A stretch of DNA of 64,000 nt from Pseudobdellovibrionaceae bacterium (GTDB lineage Bacteria > Pseudomonadota > Alphaproteobacteria > Micavibrionales > Micavibrionaceae), in NCBI GenBank assembly GCA_050251555.1, contig JBFWMN010000001.1, positions 26,806 to 90,805 on the forward strand, given 5' to 3'. The notes beneath the pieces are model-generated. The model searched no databases. It worked only from the letters and a program-made list of their open reading frames with translations, and had not been told where the DNA came from. Positions 27,569 to 37,792 of the stretch are shown in pieces. Position numbers and translations under genes: made by a program. Numbering within the stretch: position 1 is the stretch's first letter; each line of letters opens with the position of its first letter.

Positions 27569-28945
27569 CGGACGCTCTATTGCGGCGCTTTCGCCTTGTG
27601 CCTCCAGCCAATTCGTAAAATCATCCATGGCGCGCTCAGCCAAAGCGACTTTTCTGTCCTTGCCCTTGGCAGGACGGCCTTTGGCATTCAAGACTTCAAT
27701 CGGTGGGAAGAGGCCGAAATTGACATTCATTGGCTGGAAGGTCTCAGCCTCACCGCCGCCTGTGATATGAGAGATCAATGCGCCGTGCGCCGTCGTTGCG
27801 GGAAGGGCGGGGAGCTCTTCGCCCAATATTTCAGCCGCTGCCATACGACCTGCCATCAACCCGACAGAGGCACTTTCGACATAGCCTTCGCAGCCTGTCA
27901 TCTGCCCTGCAAAACGTAATCTGGGTTGGGCTTTGAGGCGGAGTTGTCCGTCCAAAAGCCTTGGCGAATTGATGAAGGTGTTGCGGTGAAGGCCGCCAAG
28001 TCTTGCAAACTCGGCATTTTCCAAACCCGGGATGGTTTTAAAGACACGCACCTGATCGGCGTATTTCATCTTGGTCTGGAAGCCCACCATGTTGTAGAGC
28101 GTACCCAGCGCATTGTCTTGTCTGAGCTGAATGACGGCATAAGGGCGCTCGTCCTTATGCGGGTTGGTGAGGCCTACAGGTTTCATCGGACCAAAGCGCA
28201 AGGTTTCGGGGCCACGCGAGGCCATCACTTCAATCGGCATGCAGCCTTCAAAGTAAGGTGTATCCTTTTCCCATTCTTTAAACTCGGTTTTGGGCGCGTC
28301 CAGTAACTCTTGAATGAAGGCGTAATACTCCTCCTTGTTCATCGCGCAGTTGATATAGTCCGAGCCTGTTCCTGCGGGGCCTGCCTTATCATAGCGTGAC
28401 TGAAACCAGACTTTGTCGAAATCGATGCTCTCTTTGTGAATGATCGGGGCAATCGCATCGAAGAAAGCCAACTCCCCTTCGCCTGTGAGTTCCTGCACAG
28501 CCTTTGCCAGCGGGGCAGAGGTGAGGGGGCCTGTGGCGATAATCACATATTCCCAATCTTGGGGCGGCAGTCCTGAGACTTCGCCGCGTTCAATGGTGAT
28601 ATTGGGATGGTCTTCGAGAGCTTTTGTCACACCATCCGAAAAGATATCACGGTCAACAGCCAGCGCCCCGCCTGCGGGCACGGCAGCCTTGTCGCCTTCG
28701 CGCATGATGATCGAGCCTGCCATACGCATTTCGGCATGCAAAAGACCGACGGCATTATTGTAGGGGTCATCTGAGCGGAAAGAGTTCGAGCAAACAAGCT
28801 CGGCGAGGCCTTGGGTCTGGTGTGCCTCCGTCATTTTGACGGGACGCATTTCGTGAAGGACAACCTGTATGCCCTTGTTCGCAGCTTGCCATGCAGCTTC
28901 AGAGCCTGCCATGCCACCGCCGATAATGTGGAGAGTTTTATTCAT
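27545..28945 (-). CDS. trmFO: Methylenetetrahydrofolate--tRNA-(uracil54-C5)-methyltransferase
   Basis: 466 aa. N-terminal FAD motif [14 protein letters not shown] and length typical of TrmFO/Gid. Confidence 0.9.
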   Translation of the reverse strand: MNKTLHIIGGGMAGSEAAWQAANKGIQVVLHEMRPVKMTEAHQTQGLAELVCSNSFRSDDPYNNAVGLLHAEMRMAGSIIMREGDKAAVPAGGALAVDRDIFSDGVTKALEDHPNITIERGEVSGLPPQDWEYVIIATGPLTSAPLAKAVQELTGEGELAFFDAIAPIIHKESIDFDKVWFQSRYDKAGPAGTGSDYINCAMNKEEYYAFIQELLDAPKTEFKEWEKDTPYFEGCMPIEVMASRGPETLRFGPMKPVGLTNPHKDERPYAVIQLRQDNALGTLYNMVGFQTKMKYADQVRVFKTIPGLENAEFARLGGLHRNTFINSPRLLDGQLRLKAQPRLRFAGQMTGCEGYVESASVGLMAGRMAAAEILGEELPALPATTAHGALISHITGGGEAETFQPMNVNFGLFPPIEVLNAKGRPAKGKDRKVALAERAMDDFTNWLEAQGESAAIERPLKQAQGF

Positions 28946-28971
28946 GGGGCAAAGTCTTACCCCATTTCAGG

Positions 28972-29793
28972 TCACGCTTCAAATAAATCGAAAAGTTCTG
29001 CGCCGCGATCAAAACCGGCACAAGCCAGAGTGCCGCCAAAGCCGCATCCGCCGTCAATGGTCGCTGTGACACCATTCACATACAAACCTTCATGGTCAGG
29101 GTCATAGCCGCGCACAATGCGTGAGAAGGGGGCGTAAGGGGCGTGGATTGTGTTGAAGCTTTTCGTGCCCCACCAAAAACTGTCGCCCTGATCATCGAGA
29201 GGTTTATTAAACGAGATACCCGCATTCACAAACAGCATCGGCCCTTCGGATTGCAGGTTGGAGTGGGCCGCCTTTCGGAGCGAGCCCATGAAGTGATCGT
29301 AACCGTTCACGGATTTTAGTGCGGTTTTAACCTGCCCCGTCCAGCGGCAAAGCGCCATCACGCCTGAGCGGGCGGCATACAGGCCGTCATGGCGGTCGAT
29401 ATCAAGGCCTTCCAGTGTTTCTGCAAGGCCGTTTGTGATCATCCAGTTGTAAATCGCTTCAGGGTCTGGCGCGAAAGGAAGTTGAGCAAGCTTGGAGAGG
29501 ATTTCTTCCTGGCTTCCGCGCAAATAGACAATGTCATGGGCTGTGACGCCCGGAATGGAGAGGATGACACGGCGGAAGCTTAACAGCTCTTCCAATGTCT
29601 CGCGGGGGTAATAACCGTAACCGATATAATTTCCGGTATAGATGATCTTGTCACCAGACTGGAAGCGCGACAGCAACTCATCGTGAAGCTCAATAAGACG
29701 GTCAATATCGCCGTGGATCGAGCCGATGGTCCAGCATCTTTCAGTAGGGCTGAATCCGTGAACGGCAAGAAAACGATCTTGAATGCGGCACAT
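28972..29793 (-). CDS. Degenerate PPP-family metallophosphatase homolog (predicted catalytically inactive)
   Basis: 273 aa, colinear with the 561..1331 phosphatase, but the motifs read GSIHGD (for GDxHG), TGNYIGYG (for GDxxDRG), RGSQEE (for GNHE), FVNAG (for VHAG) and RGYD (for HGHT). Confidence 0.7.
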   Translation of the reverse strand: MCRIQDRFLAVHGFSPTERCWTIGSIHGDIDRLIELHDELLSRFQSGDKIIYTGNYIGYGYYPRETLEELLSFRRVILSIPGVTAHDIVYLRGSQEEILSKLAQLPFAPDPEAIYNWMITNGLAETLEGLDIDRHDGLYAARSGVMALCRWTGQVKTALKSVNGYDHFMGSLRKAAHSNLQSEGPMLFVNAGISFNKPLDDQGDSFWWGTKSFNTIHAPYAPFSRIVRGYDPDHEGLYVNGVTATIDGGCGFGGTLACAGFDRGAELFDLFEA

Positions 29794-29917
29794 GTGGCGG
29801 CAGGTCTTTCGAAGAAATGTACGAGCGGATCGTACGGGGAGGGAGAGAGGCTCGGCAAATGAATTACCAGAATCTTTTATAGATTACATGAAAATCAGAC
29901 AGATAGAAAGAGTCTAG

Positions 29918-29959
29918 CCAAAAATAAAAACGACCCGAAACTGCACATTTCGGGTCGTT
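29918..29959 (-). terminator. Rho-independent terminator of carD
   Basis: On the minus strand: AACGACCCGAAA-TGTGCAG-TTTCGGGTCGTT (perfect 12-bp stem) followed by TTTATTTTT, about 57 nt after the carD stop. Confidence 0.8.
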
Positions 29960-30015
29960 CAAAGTCGGAAATTTGGGAAAATGATCTTAAATTTCCTGAA
30001 ACTGTTTATAGCGCA

Positions 30016-30576
30016 TTATGCAGCTTCTTCAATATCCTCATCTTCCTCATCGAGGTCGGAGAGCGCTTTTGTGCGGTCGATACCCATAACGCCTTCGAGG
30101 CGGACAACGGCTTCGGCTTCTGTGATTTGCTCAACAGCGGCAACTTCGCGGGCGAGGCGCTCAAGAGCTGACTCATAAATTTGACGCTCGGAGTAGGATT
30201 GCTCGGAATCATCGTTGGCGCGCTTCAGATCACGCAGAACTTCAGCAATCGCAACAGGATCGCCTGAGTTGATCTTGCCTTCATATTCTTGTGCGCGACG
30301 TGACCACATGACGCGACGAACGCGTGAGCGACCTTTCAGTGTTGTCATCGCATCTTCGATCATTGAAGAGGAGGAGACTTTACGAAGACCTGCGGCATTG
30401 GCTTTGAACACAGGCACTTTCAAGCGCATACGATCTTTTTCAAAGCTGATCGCATACAAAGAGACTTCCATGCCGCCGATTTTCTGTGTTTCGATGCCGT
30501 CGATGCGACCCACGCCGTGAGCGGGGTAAACTACATAATCACCGGTTTTGAATGCATGATTGTCGTTCAGCGCCAT
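30016..30576 (-). CDS. carD: CarD/CdnL-family RNA polymerase-binding transcription factor
   Basis: 186 aa. N-terminal FKTGDYVVYPAHGVGRIDGIE. It carries an acidic C-terminal tail, DLDEEDEDIEEAA. Confidence 0.9.
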   Translation of the reverse strand: MALNDNHAFKTGDYVVYPAHGVGRIDGIETQKIGGMEVSLYAISFEKDRMRLKVPVFKANAAGLRKVSSSSMIEDAMTTLKGRSRVRRVMWSRRAQEYEGKINSGDPVAIAEVLRDLKRANDDSEQSYSERQIYESALERLAREVAAVEQITEAEAVVRLEGVMGIDRTKALSDLDEEDEDIEEAA

Positions 30577-30829
30577 GTTTTTTGTCCTTTTGTTATCTTT
30601 TATAAAAAAGAGGCTTGTCAGTATGCCTCGAACCCTCTAAACAAAACGTATCTGTTACAGCGACCAGAGTCGCGTCTTCGTTTCTTTTGTCTTGAATAGG
30701 ACATTAGAGATAGCACATGTTTTCCCAAAATTCAACTTTTCTTAACATTTCGTTAGGAAATTCCTATGGAAACGGCTTCCAGGGCCGTTTTGCAGTGCAA
30801 AAAATCTGTGTGAGACTTTTAAAAGCGGC

Positions 30830-31168
30830 TTAATCGCCTTCGCCGGGCTTCTCGGAAAACTCGGCAGGGTACTTGTTCTTGCGGTCTTTGGCCTCTTCCG
30901 CGCCGTCCATTTTGGGCTTTTTGCGCGTCAGAACGGGCCATTTTTCTGAAAAATCACGATTAAGTTCTAAAAACGCATCAGCGCGGGAATCGGAATCGGG
31001 AACAATCGCCTCAATCGGGCATTCGGGCTCGCAAACACCGCAATCGATACATTCGTCAGGGTGGATGACCAGCATATTTTCACCCTCATAAAAGCAATCA
31101 ACGGGACAAACTTCCACACAATCGGTGTATTTGCAGTTGATACAGATATCGAGAACAACGTAGGTCAT
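30830..31168 (-). CDS. fdxA: 7Fe ferredoxin (3Fe-4S plus 4Fe-4S)
   Basis: 112 aa. [29 protein letters not shown]...[12 protein letters not shown]. Confidence 0.92.
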   Translation of the reverse strand: MTYVVLDICINCKYTDCVEVCPVDCFYEGENMLVIHPDECIDCGVCEPECPIEAIVPDSDSRADAFLELNRDFSEKWPVLTRKKPKMDGAEEAKDRKNKYPAEFSEKPGEGD

Positions 31169-31370
31169 GTCAGGCTCTGGCGGTTGGTTAGCGTAGTGGT
31201 TTTGCCTGTGAAAGTCATACTGTTAAACGGCCTCAAAAATCAAGAGGGGAGCGTTCCTGTCGACAAATATGCATTTTTTATAATAATCGACTTGATCTCA
31301 CTCTCATTTTGCTTCTAATGTTTCACATATAAAAACAATACATAATAAATAAACAGGAAGGACCTGCGTA

Positions 31371-31700
31371 ATGGGTATATCAAGCGCCGCACACATCCCT
31401 TTTGATGTGAGCGAAAGAAGCCAAAAATTTCAATTGAAAGCCTCCCTTTATTTCCGTGCTGCGGCGGATGGTCGTCGCCAAGATATGATCCAGACGATTT
31501 TAAAAATCTGTCGTGGAGATGATCTAAGTTGGAGAGAGAGAAGTGCTTTGGGGTATGCCAAAATGGCCGATCAGCAAGGTGTTGACCGCGAGACACGTTT
31601 TGTCGAAACGATGGTTGACCGCTTTGGTGTGCAGGTTTTGCATGAAATGGGCGGTTTTAAGGGCTTAGAAGGCCCACGTTCGCCTTTCGGCATGAATTAA
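31371..31700 (+). CDS. Hypothetical protein
   Basis: 109 aa with AGGAAGGA 8 nt upstream of the ATG. No family recognised. Its stop abuts the ldcA stop (TAATTA). Confidence 0.5.
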   Translation: MGISSAAHIPFDVSERSQKFQLKASLYFRAAADGRRQDMIQTILKICRGDDLSWRERSALGYAKMADQQGVDRETRFVETMVDRFGVQVLHEMGGFKGLEGPRSPFGMN

Positions 31701-32615
31701 TTATCCTAGTTTGAAAGTCACGCCTGTCTTTACAGCCTTAAGCGTGGCTTTCATTCCAATCGGTAAAATCTTCATACTCTCGCCATGCCCGAACGGCGCA
31801 TCCATGATCACAGGGATATGCATGCCTTCGGTATGTTCGTTAATGAGATCCTCGACCGTGTAAGGGAAGGGGACGCGCCCGCCGTTCAAATTCATCGTAA
31901 AGCCACCGACCATTAAGCCTGCGATGTGTTCCATATGGCCTGCACGCTTTAAATGAATGAGCATACGGTCGATATTGCGCAACTCCTCCATTTCATCCTC
32001 GATGAAAAGGATTTTCCCCTTTAAATCGGGCTGGTCTTTCGTGCCCATCAGATAATTAAAGATGCATAAATTGCCGCCGACAAGTTCGCCCGAGGCCTCG
32101 CCGTAACGCAGAATTCTTGCCTCATCCCATTTATCTTCGGTTTCGGGTTCACCTGTGAGGTGCACCAGAAAATCATCAATAAAGGGTTGGGGCTCTTCGC
32201 GGGAAAAATGTCCTGCATCGGGGCCGTGATAGGTCACGATGTTCAGGCGTACGCTCAATGCGTTAATCAGGGCGGTCGCATCCGAAAATCCCATGATAAT
32301 CTTATTGTACCCTTTGAGCTTTTCCCAATCGAGATATTGCATCATGTGCAGTGTGCGTGTGCCGCCTGCCGCGCACAGGATCATCTTTATTTCAGGATCG
32401 CACCAGTAATCGGTAAAAGCTGCGCCGCGCTCTTTGGGAGACCCTGCCCATTCATGTAGGCGTAGCGCATTGTTGGGATGAATTTTGACCTTGTAGCCCA
32501 GAACCTCCAGGTGTGATTTGGCACGCTGCAAGCCTTCAGGGGCGCGCCAGCGGGCGGTGGCGACAATCCCGATTGTGTCGCCTTTTTTGAGAGGTGGAGG
32601 GGCGGTGAACTTCAT
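31701..32615 (-). CDS. ldcA: LD-carboxypeptidase (peptidase S66, muramoyltetrapeptide carboxypeptidase)
   Basis: 304 aa. Nucleophile motif GFSDATAL and C-terminal FGHG. Confidence 0.82.
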   Translation of the reverse strand: MKFTAPPPLKKGDTIGIVATARWRAPEGLQRAKSHLEVLGYKVKIHPNNALRLHEWAGSPKERGAAFTDYWCDPEIKMILCAAGGTRTLHMMQYLDWEKLKGYNKIIMGFSDATALINALSVRLNIVTYHGPDAGHFSREEPQPFIDDFLVHLTGEPETEDKWDEARILRYGEASGELVGGNLCIFNYLMGTKDQPDLKGKILFIEDEMEELRNIDRMLIHLKRAGHMEHIAGLMVGGFTMNLNGGRVPFPYTVEDLINEHTEGMHIPVIMDAPFGHGESMKILPIGMKATLKAVKTGVTFKLG

Positions 32616-32647
32616 AAGTGTATTCTATCCTTTGGACGTGGCCTTTG

Positions 32648-34078
32648 TTAACCCGCTTTTTTGATCTTCTCGTAAGCGTCTAAGGCAGCATCTCTTGCGG
32701 CCTTATGGTCAACAAGCGGGGCGGGATAATTTTTCGGGCGATCTTTTGCGGGAGCTTCCCACGGCTTATGTACGTATTTATCGGGGACGTCTTTCAGTTC
32801 AGGGACATATTTGCGCACGTAATCGCCATTGGGGTCGAACTTTTCACCCTGTAATACGGGATTGAAGATGCGGAAATAGGGCGCGGCATCCGCGCCGCAG
32901 CCTGCAACCCATTGCCAGCTTGCCGAATTATTGGCTAAATCCGCATCAAACAGCGTATCCCAGAACCATTTCTCACCCTCTGACCAATGAATAAGTAAAT
33001 CCTTGATCAGGAATGAGGCGGCAATCATCCGCACACGATTATGCATATACCCTTCCTGCCAAAGCTGGCGCATGCCGGCGTCTACGATGGGATAGCCGGT
33101 TAAGCCTTTTTGCCAGGCAGCCAAAGCCTTCTCGTTCTTTTCCCATGGGAAGGCCTTGAATTTTTCGTTCAACGGTTGGTCGGTAATGCGTTCTTTGAAG
33201 TGATAGAGAAGGTGGTAGGAAAATTCCCGCCAGGCAAGCTCCGCCTGAAACTTAGCGGCACCTTGCGAGTGAATGGCATTGGCAGCCAATCTTTTTTCAA
33301 TCTCATGCCAGATCATGCGCGGGGAGATTTCCCCGAAATGTAGATGCGGGGAGAGGCGTGAAACATAGCTTTTGTCAGGACGATCTCTTCCTTCAGCGTA
33401 ATGGTCGATTTCCGCATCCAGAAAATCATCAAGGCGCTGCCATGCACCGGCTTCGCCGACATCCCATGTGTCGAGCATATGCTCATCCCAACGCGGTTTG
33501 ACGGGCAGTAATTGCAGATCGTCAAGGTCCAGCACCCCTTTAGGCGCATCTTCATAGATCAGTCGCTCGGGTGCGGGAAGGGGGGCGCGTGGTTGTTCTG
33601 CAGCCAGACAGCCTTTTTTGTAAAAGGGGGTAAAGACCTGATAGGGAGTGCCGCCCCCTGTTTTAATCTCCCACGGTTCCCATAACAGATTGGCTTTGAA
33701 GGTTTCAACCGTGATGCCGGCCTCTTTCAAGGATTGCTTAATCTTTGTGTCTCGCGCCATGCGCCATGGTTCGTAACATCTGTTCCAGTAAACGGCAGTT
33801 GCGCCTGTTTGTTTGACCAGATCGGGTAAAATCTCGTCTGCTTTCCCCTTAAAAAGGGCAAGGTGGTCGCTCAGCGAGGTATTGAGACTTGCAAGTGAAT
33901 GATGCAGCCAGACATTCGAGGCTGCGCCCCGTTTCCAGCTTTTCGCATTGTCATCATCATGGATAAAAACGGGCAGGATGCGTGCGCCTTCAACCTCATA
34001 GGCAGCATGAAGGGCAGGATTATCCGCACGGCGTAAATCCTGACGAAACCAGACAATGATTGTTTGGGGCTTGCTCAT
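32648..34078 (-). CDS. phrB: Deoxyribodipyrimidine photolyase (CPD class I)
   Basis: 476 aa. Motifs WFRQDLRRADNPAL, SRLSPHLHFGEIS, GYMHNRVRMI, WQWVAG and APYFRIFNP. Confidence 0.92.
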   Translation of the reverse strand: MSKPQTIIVWFRQDLRRADNPALHAAYEVEGARILPVFIHDDDNAKSWKRGAASNVWLHHSLASLNTSLSDHLALFKGKADEILPDLVKQTGATAVYWNRCYEPWRMARDTKIKQSLKEAGITVETFKANLLWEPWEIKTGGGTPYQVFTPFYKKGCLAAEQPRAPLPAPERLIYEDAPKGVLDLDDLQLLPVKPRWDEHMLDTWDVGEAGAWQRLDDFLDAEIDHYAEGRDRPDKSYVSRLSPHLHFGEISPRMIWHEIEKRLAANAIHSQGAAKFQAELAWREFSYHLLYHFKERITDQPLNEKFKAFPWEKNEKALAAWQKGLTGYPIVDAGMRQLWQEGYMHNRVRMIAASFLIKDLLIHWSEGEKWFWDTLFDADLANNSASWQWVAGCGADAAPYFRIFNPVLQGEKFDPNGDYVRKYVPELKDVPDKYVHKPWEAPAKDRPKNYPAPLVDHKAARDAALDAYEKIKKAG

Positions 34079-34120
34079 AACCTCTTCAAATCTAGTGTGA
34101 TTTGAGGCTGGAGAACAGCT

Positions 34121-35089
34121 TTAGCCATTCTCGGCGAGAATTCTCTCCACGATTTTCTTCAGCGTGTCATCGGCCTTCAGATTATCAACCTGGCAGGTTC
34201 CTGCCGCCGCATGACCGCCGCCGCCATACTCCAGCATCAGATGGCCGATATGGACGGGGCTGGTTTTATTTAAGATGGATTTTCCCACTGCAATAACTGT
34301 GTTCTGGCGGTTCTTCCCCCACATCACATGCGCCGAGATATTGCATTGCGGATAAAGCGCATAAACGACAAAACGGTTACCTGCCCAGATCTCGTCTTCC
34401 TTGCGAAGATCGACAATCGCAAGACCACCTTCCATGCGGGTGCAATCCATCAATTGTTTTTTGTGGCGTTCCTTATGATCCATAAAGAGATCGACGCGCT
34501 CTTTGACGTCGGGAAGGTCAAGAATGGCCTCTATCTCGTCATGTTCGCGGCAATGATCGATCAGTTGCATCATGAGCTGGTAATTCGAGATATTGAAATC
34601 GCGGAAGCGCCCGAGGCCCGTTCGCGCATCCATCAACATGCCAAGCAATACCCAGCCTTTAGGATCAAGAATATCATCGCGCGTGAGGCTTGCGGAATCG
34701 ACTTTATCAACGGCCTCCATCATGTCGTAAGAAACACGCGGGAAGGTTTTTGCGCCGCCGAAATAGTCATAGAGGACGCGTGAAGCCGATGGCGCATCGC
34801 CGTCAATAACGTGATTGTCAGCACTTGAGCCGACGCGCTTCAATTCGGATGTGTGATGGTCAAAGGCCAGATACACATCGGGGTGATAGGGAAGGTTGGC
34901 ACTGATGTCATTGCCGTCGACTTCGATCAGCCCGTCTTGCATGTCTTTGGGGTGGACGAACATGATATCGTCAACGATACCGAGCTCTTTGAGTAAAACA
35001 GAACAGACCAGTCCGTCCATGTCTGAACGGGTGATCAAACGGTAAGATGTATTCTTTTTAGGCAGAAGTTTTGCAGCGGCTGATGACAT
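34121..35089 (-). CDS. DHH/DHHA1-family phosphoesterase (NrnA-like)
   Basis: Track ORF 34121..35140, with the start probably at MSSAAAK (ATG 35089). Motifs DMDG, AFDHH and GGGGHAAAG. Confidence 0.7.
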   Translation of the reverse strand: MSSAAAKLLPKKNTSYRLITRSDMDGLVCSVLLKELGIVDDIMFVHPKDMQDGLIEVDGNDISANLPYHPDVYLAFDHHTSELKRVGSSADNHVIDGDAPSASRVLYDYFGGAKTFPRVSYDMMEAVDKVDSASLTRDDILDPKGWVLLGMLMDARTGLGRFRDFNISNYQLMMQLIDHCREHDEIEAILDLPDVKERVDLFMDHKERHKKQLMDCTRMEGGLAIVDLRKEDEIWAGNRFVVYALYPQCNISAHVMWGKNRQNTVIAVGKSILNKTSPVHIGHLMLEYGGGGHAAAGTCQVDNLKADDTLKKIVERILAENG

Positions 35090-35212
35090 GTCTTCGTCTC
35101 CTCCAACGAAAAAGAGGCCTGATTGCATTACACAGATCATAGCCTCTTTTCAGTATAGCTTAAAAGCAGTCACAAATTCGATTTCAATTCGTGCTGCAAA
35201 TGCGAAGTCGGT

Positions 35213-36511
35213 CTAGTTGGCGGCCTCTTTCACAGGCTCATCCTTGGATTTGCCTTTGGATTTTTTCTTGGCGTCCTTGCTATGAACCAGCACGGGCGGC
35301 TCGCCTTTTTCAACTGTTTCCTTGTTGATGACAACTTCTTCGACATCATCCAGATCAGGCAGATCATACATGGTGTCCAAAAGCATGTTTTCAAGGATAG
35401 AGCGCAGACCGCGAGCACCTGTTTTGCGCTCAATTGCCTTCTTCGCAATGGCATGCAATGCATCGTCTGTAAAGGTCAGCTTGGTGTCTTCCAGATCGAA
35501 AAGCTTCTTGTACTGTTTGACCAGAGCGTTTCTTGGCTCAGTCAGAATTTGAACAAGTGCGTCTGAATCCAGATCTTCCAGCGTGGCAACCACAGGCAGA
35601 CGACCGACAAATTCAGGGATCAGACCGAATTTCAGCAGATCTTCGGTATCCAGACCTTTCAGAGCTTCACCGACCAGCTTTTCTTCGGCACCGTGCACGT
35701 TGGCACCGAAACCGATGCTCTTTTGTGCCGTACGCTGACCGATCACTTTTTCAATACCTGCAAACGCACCACCACAGATGAAGAGGATGTTCGAGGTATC
35801 AACCTGCAAAAACTCTTGTTGGGGGTGTTTACGACCACCTTGCGGGGGAACGGAGGCAACCGTGCCTTCCATCATTTTCAGCAAGGCCTGCTGCACACCT
35901 TCACCCGACACGTCACGTGTGATGGAGGGGTTGTCGGATTTACGCGAGATTTTGTCGATTTCGTCGATATAGACGATACCGCGTTGAGCGCGCTCGACAT
36001 TATAATCGCAAGATTGCAGCAATTTCAGGATAATGTTTTCAACGTCCTCACCCACATAACCGGCTTCGGTCAATGTCGTGGCGTCCGCCATTGTGAACGG
36101 GACATCAAGAACGCGTGCCAGTGTTTGTGCCAGAAGCGTCTTACCCGAACCGGTGGGGCCGAGAATCAGAATGTTCGATTTTTGCAGCTCAACATCCGAC
36201 CCGCGCTGACCGTGTTCCAGACGTTTATAGTGGTTGTGAACAGCCACTGACAAAACGCGTTTGGCCCAGTCCTGACCGATCACATACTCGTCAAGGAAGG
36301 CTTTAATTTCGGAAGGTGAGGGAACGCCTTCGTCGGAGCGTACGATGGAGCTTTTGTCTTCTTCCTGAATAATGTCCATACACAGTTCGACACATTCATT
36401 ACAGATGAAGACGTTCGGCCCTGCAATGAGCTTGCGCACTTCATGCTGGCTCTTGCCGCAGAAGGAGCAGTAAAGCGTGTTCTTGCTATCGGTTGAATCG
36501 GATTTGCTCAT
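35213..36511 (-). CDS. clpX: ATP-dependent Clp protease ATP-binding subunit ClpX
   Basis: 432 aa. Zinc finger CSFCGK...CNEC, Walker A GPTGSGKT, and the IGF-type loop GFGA. Confidence 0.95.
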   Translation of the reverse strand: MSKSDSTDSKNTLYCSFCGKSQHEVRKLIAGPNVFICNECVELCMDIIQEEDKSSIVRSDEGVPSPSEIKAFLDEYVIGQDWAKRVLSVAVHNHYKRLEHGQRGSDVELQKSNILILGPTGSGKTLLAQTLARVLDVPFTMADATTLTEAGYVGEDVENIILKLLQSCDYNVERAQRGIVYIDEIDKISRKSDNPSITRDVSGEGVQQALLKMMEGTVASVPPQGGRKHPQQEFLQVDTSNILFICGGAFAGIEKVIGQRTAQKSIGFGANVHGAEEKLVGEALKGLDTEDLLKFGLIPEFVGRLPVVATLEDLDSDALVQILTEPRNALVKQYKKLFDLEDTKLTFTDDALHAIAKKAIERKTGARGLRSILENMLLDTMYDLPDLDDVEEVVINKETVEKGEPPVLVHSKDAKKKSKGKSKDEPVKEAAN

Positions 36512-36737
36512 TGTGGTGAAAACCTCTTGGGTCTTTTGGGGTGGGCTAGGGTTACGTCTTTATTCTTTCGACGCGTCCCATACGATTTGTTTTTCAAAGA
36601 TCATATTGGCATTGCCTGAAAGCCTGTTCAAGCCTTTTCACATGCGGCACTGCCTTGAATCTTTCTCTAAATAACTATATGACGACTGTCAACACAAGGC
36701 GAGTGCTGACCTGAAAAAAAGCACGAGAAAGACGGGA

Positions 36738-37148
36738 ATGGCCCAAACACTTGATGATTTCGTTGCGGATTTTGCTCTTTTCGATGATTGGGAAGGGCGT
36801 TTTGCCTATCTGATTGATTTGGGAAAAGCCTTGCCTGATCTTGATGATTCTTACAAAACCGACGAATTTCTGGTGAGGGGCTGCACCTCCAAAGTCTGGC
36901 TTGTGGCTGACCGCGAAGGTGACAAGCTCATTTTTAAGGCCGACAGCGATGCCTTTATCGTCAAAGGACTGATTGCTTTACTGCTGGCCGCATATAGCGG
37001 TAAGACGGCACAGGAGATTCTGGCAACCGATATTGAGGCTGCCTTTACCGAAATGGGGTTGGAGACACATTTGTCACCCAACCGCCGTAACGGATTCTTC
37101 GCGATGGTCAAGAAAATGCGTGATTATGCGCAGAGCCTTGCGGCGTAA
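36738..37148 (+). CDS. sufE: SufE-family cysteine desulfuration protein
   Basis: 136 aa. Motif VRGCTSKVWL with the active Cys. Confidence 0.85.
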   Translation: MAQTLDDFVADFALFDDWEGRFAYLIDLGKALPDLDDSYKTDEFLVRGCTSKVWLVADREGDKLIFKADSDAFIVKGLIALLLAAYSGKTAQEILATDIEAAFTEMGLETHLSPNRRNGFFAMVKKMRDYAQSLAA

Positions 37149-37159
37149 TTTTTTCGAAT

Positions 37160-37792
37160 CTACTGATCATCGGTCTTCAAATTGATATTTCTAAGGATGT
37201 TGGTGAACATGGCGTTGGCATCGTCCAGCATGGGGCCGTTATTCTGAATTTCAAACAGCAGCAGGGAGTTTTGCGTCAGCCACAATTGGTAGGTGACGAA
37301 AGACTGGCCTTCCATGCCGCGCTTGCTGCCCAATAAAATTCCTGCACGAGCGCCTGTCTCTTCGTCGGTAAAGATTTTTTCACCCGTTGAAACAATGTCA
37401 TTGTCTTTAATATAGGCGGCAATCGTGTTGCGGATGGCGGCATCATTCAGCATGTTGCGTTCACCCGGAACAAGGGAGCGGCAGTTCGCCTCCATATAAA
37501 TGGAATTGGTCGGAGAAAAGACCTTGGAGAAACTCAGATGGTCTTCTTTGACCATTTCCCCTGAAGAGGCCGGAACATCATTCGTGGAAATTTCAGGTTC
37601 TTCGGGGAAGCCTAACTGAAAGTCGCAATAGGGCGCGGTATAGATATGCGAATAAGTTTCGGCCTTCAGCTCCTTTTGAATGGTTGAGCTGCTTTGTTGT
37701 TCCTGTGCATGGGCAAAAGCCGCGTTGAGCATAACGCCCGTAGCCGCCAAAACACCTAACATACGCAGTAAACGACAAGAGCTTTTTACCAT
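37160..37792 (-). CDS. Secreted hypothetical protein
   Basis: 210 aa with signal peptide MLGVLAATGVMLNAAFAHA/QEQ. Its start directly abuts the hisS stop (TGAATG). Confidence 0.6.
   Translation of the reverse strand: MVKSSCRLLRMLGVLAATGVMLNAAFAHAQEQQSSSTIQKELKAETYSHIYTAPYCDFQLGFPEEPEISTNDVPASSGEMVKEDHLSFSKVFSPTNSIYMEANCRSLVPGERNMLNDAAIRNTIAAYIKDNDIVSTGEKIFTDEETGARAGILLGSKRGMEGQSFVTYQLWLTQNSLLLFEIQNNGPMLDDANAMFTNILRNINLKTDDQ

Noticed and set aside
30610-30629. Hairpin GAGGC-N10-GCCTC followed, on the minus strand, by TTTTTT, about 20-35 nt upstream of the carD ATG. It could be an attenuator or the fdxA terminator.
   Set aside because: The stem is only 5 bp, and the AT-rich surroundings make chance occurrence likely. 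The hairpin is real in the sequence but too weak to call.
31698-31703. Convergent genes (the hypothetical 31371..31700 and ldcA) whose stop codons abut as the palindrome TAATTA.
   Set aside because: This is a curiosity of compact gene packing. There is no room for, and no sign of, a functional element.
35213-36511. clpX without an adjacent clpP or lon. It is flanked by a DHH phosphoesterase gene and a divergent sufE.
   Set aside because: This is only a gene-order observation. clpP is presumably elsewhere in the genome, which cannot be assessed from this window.
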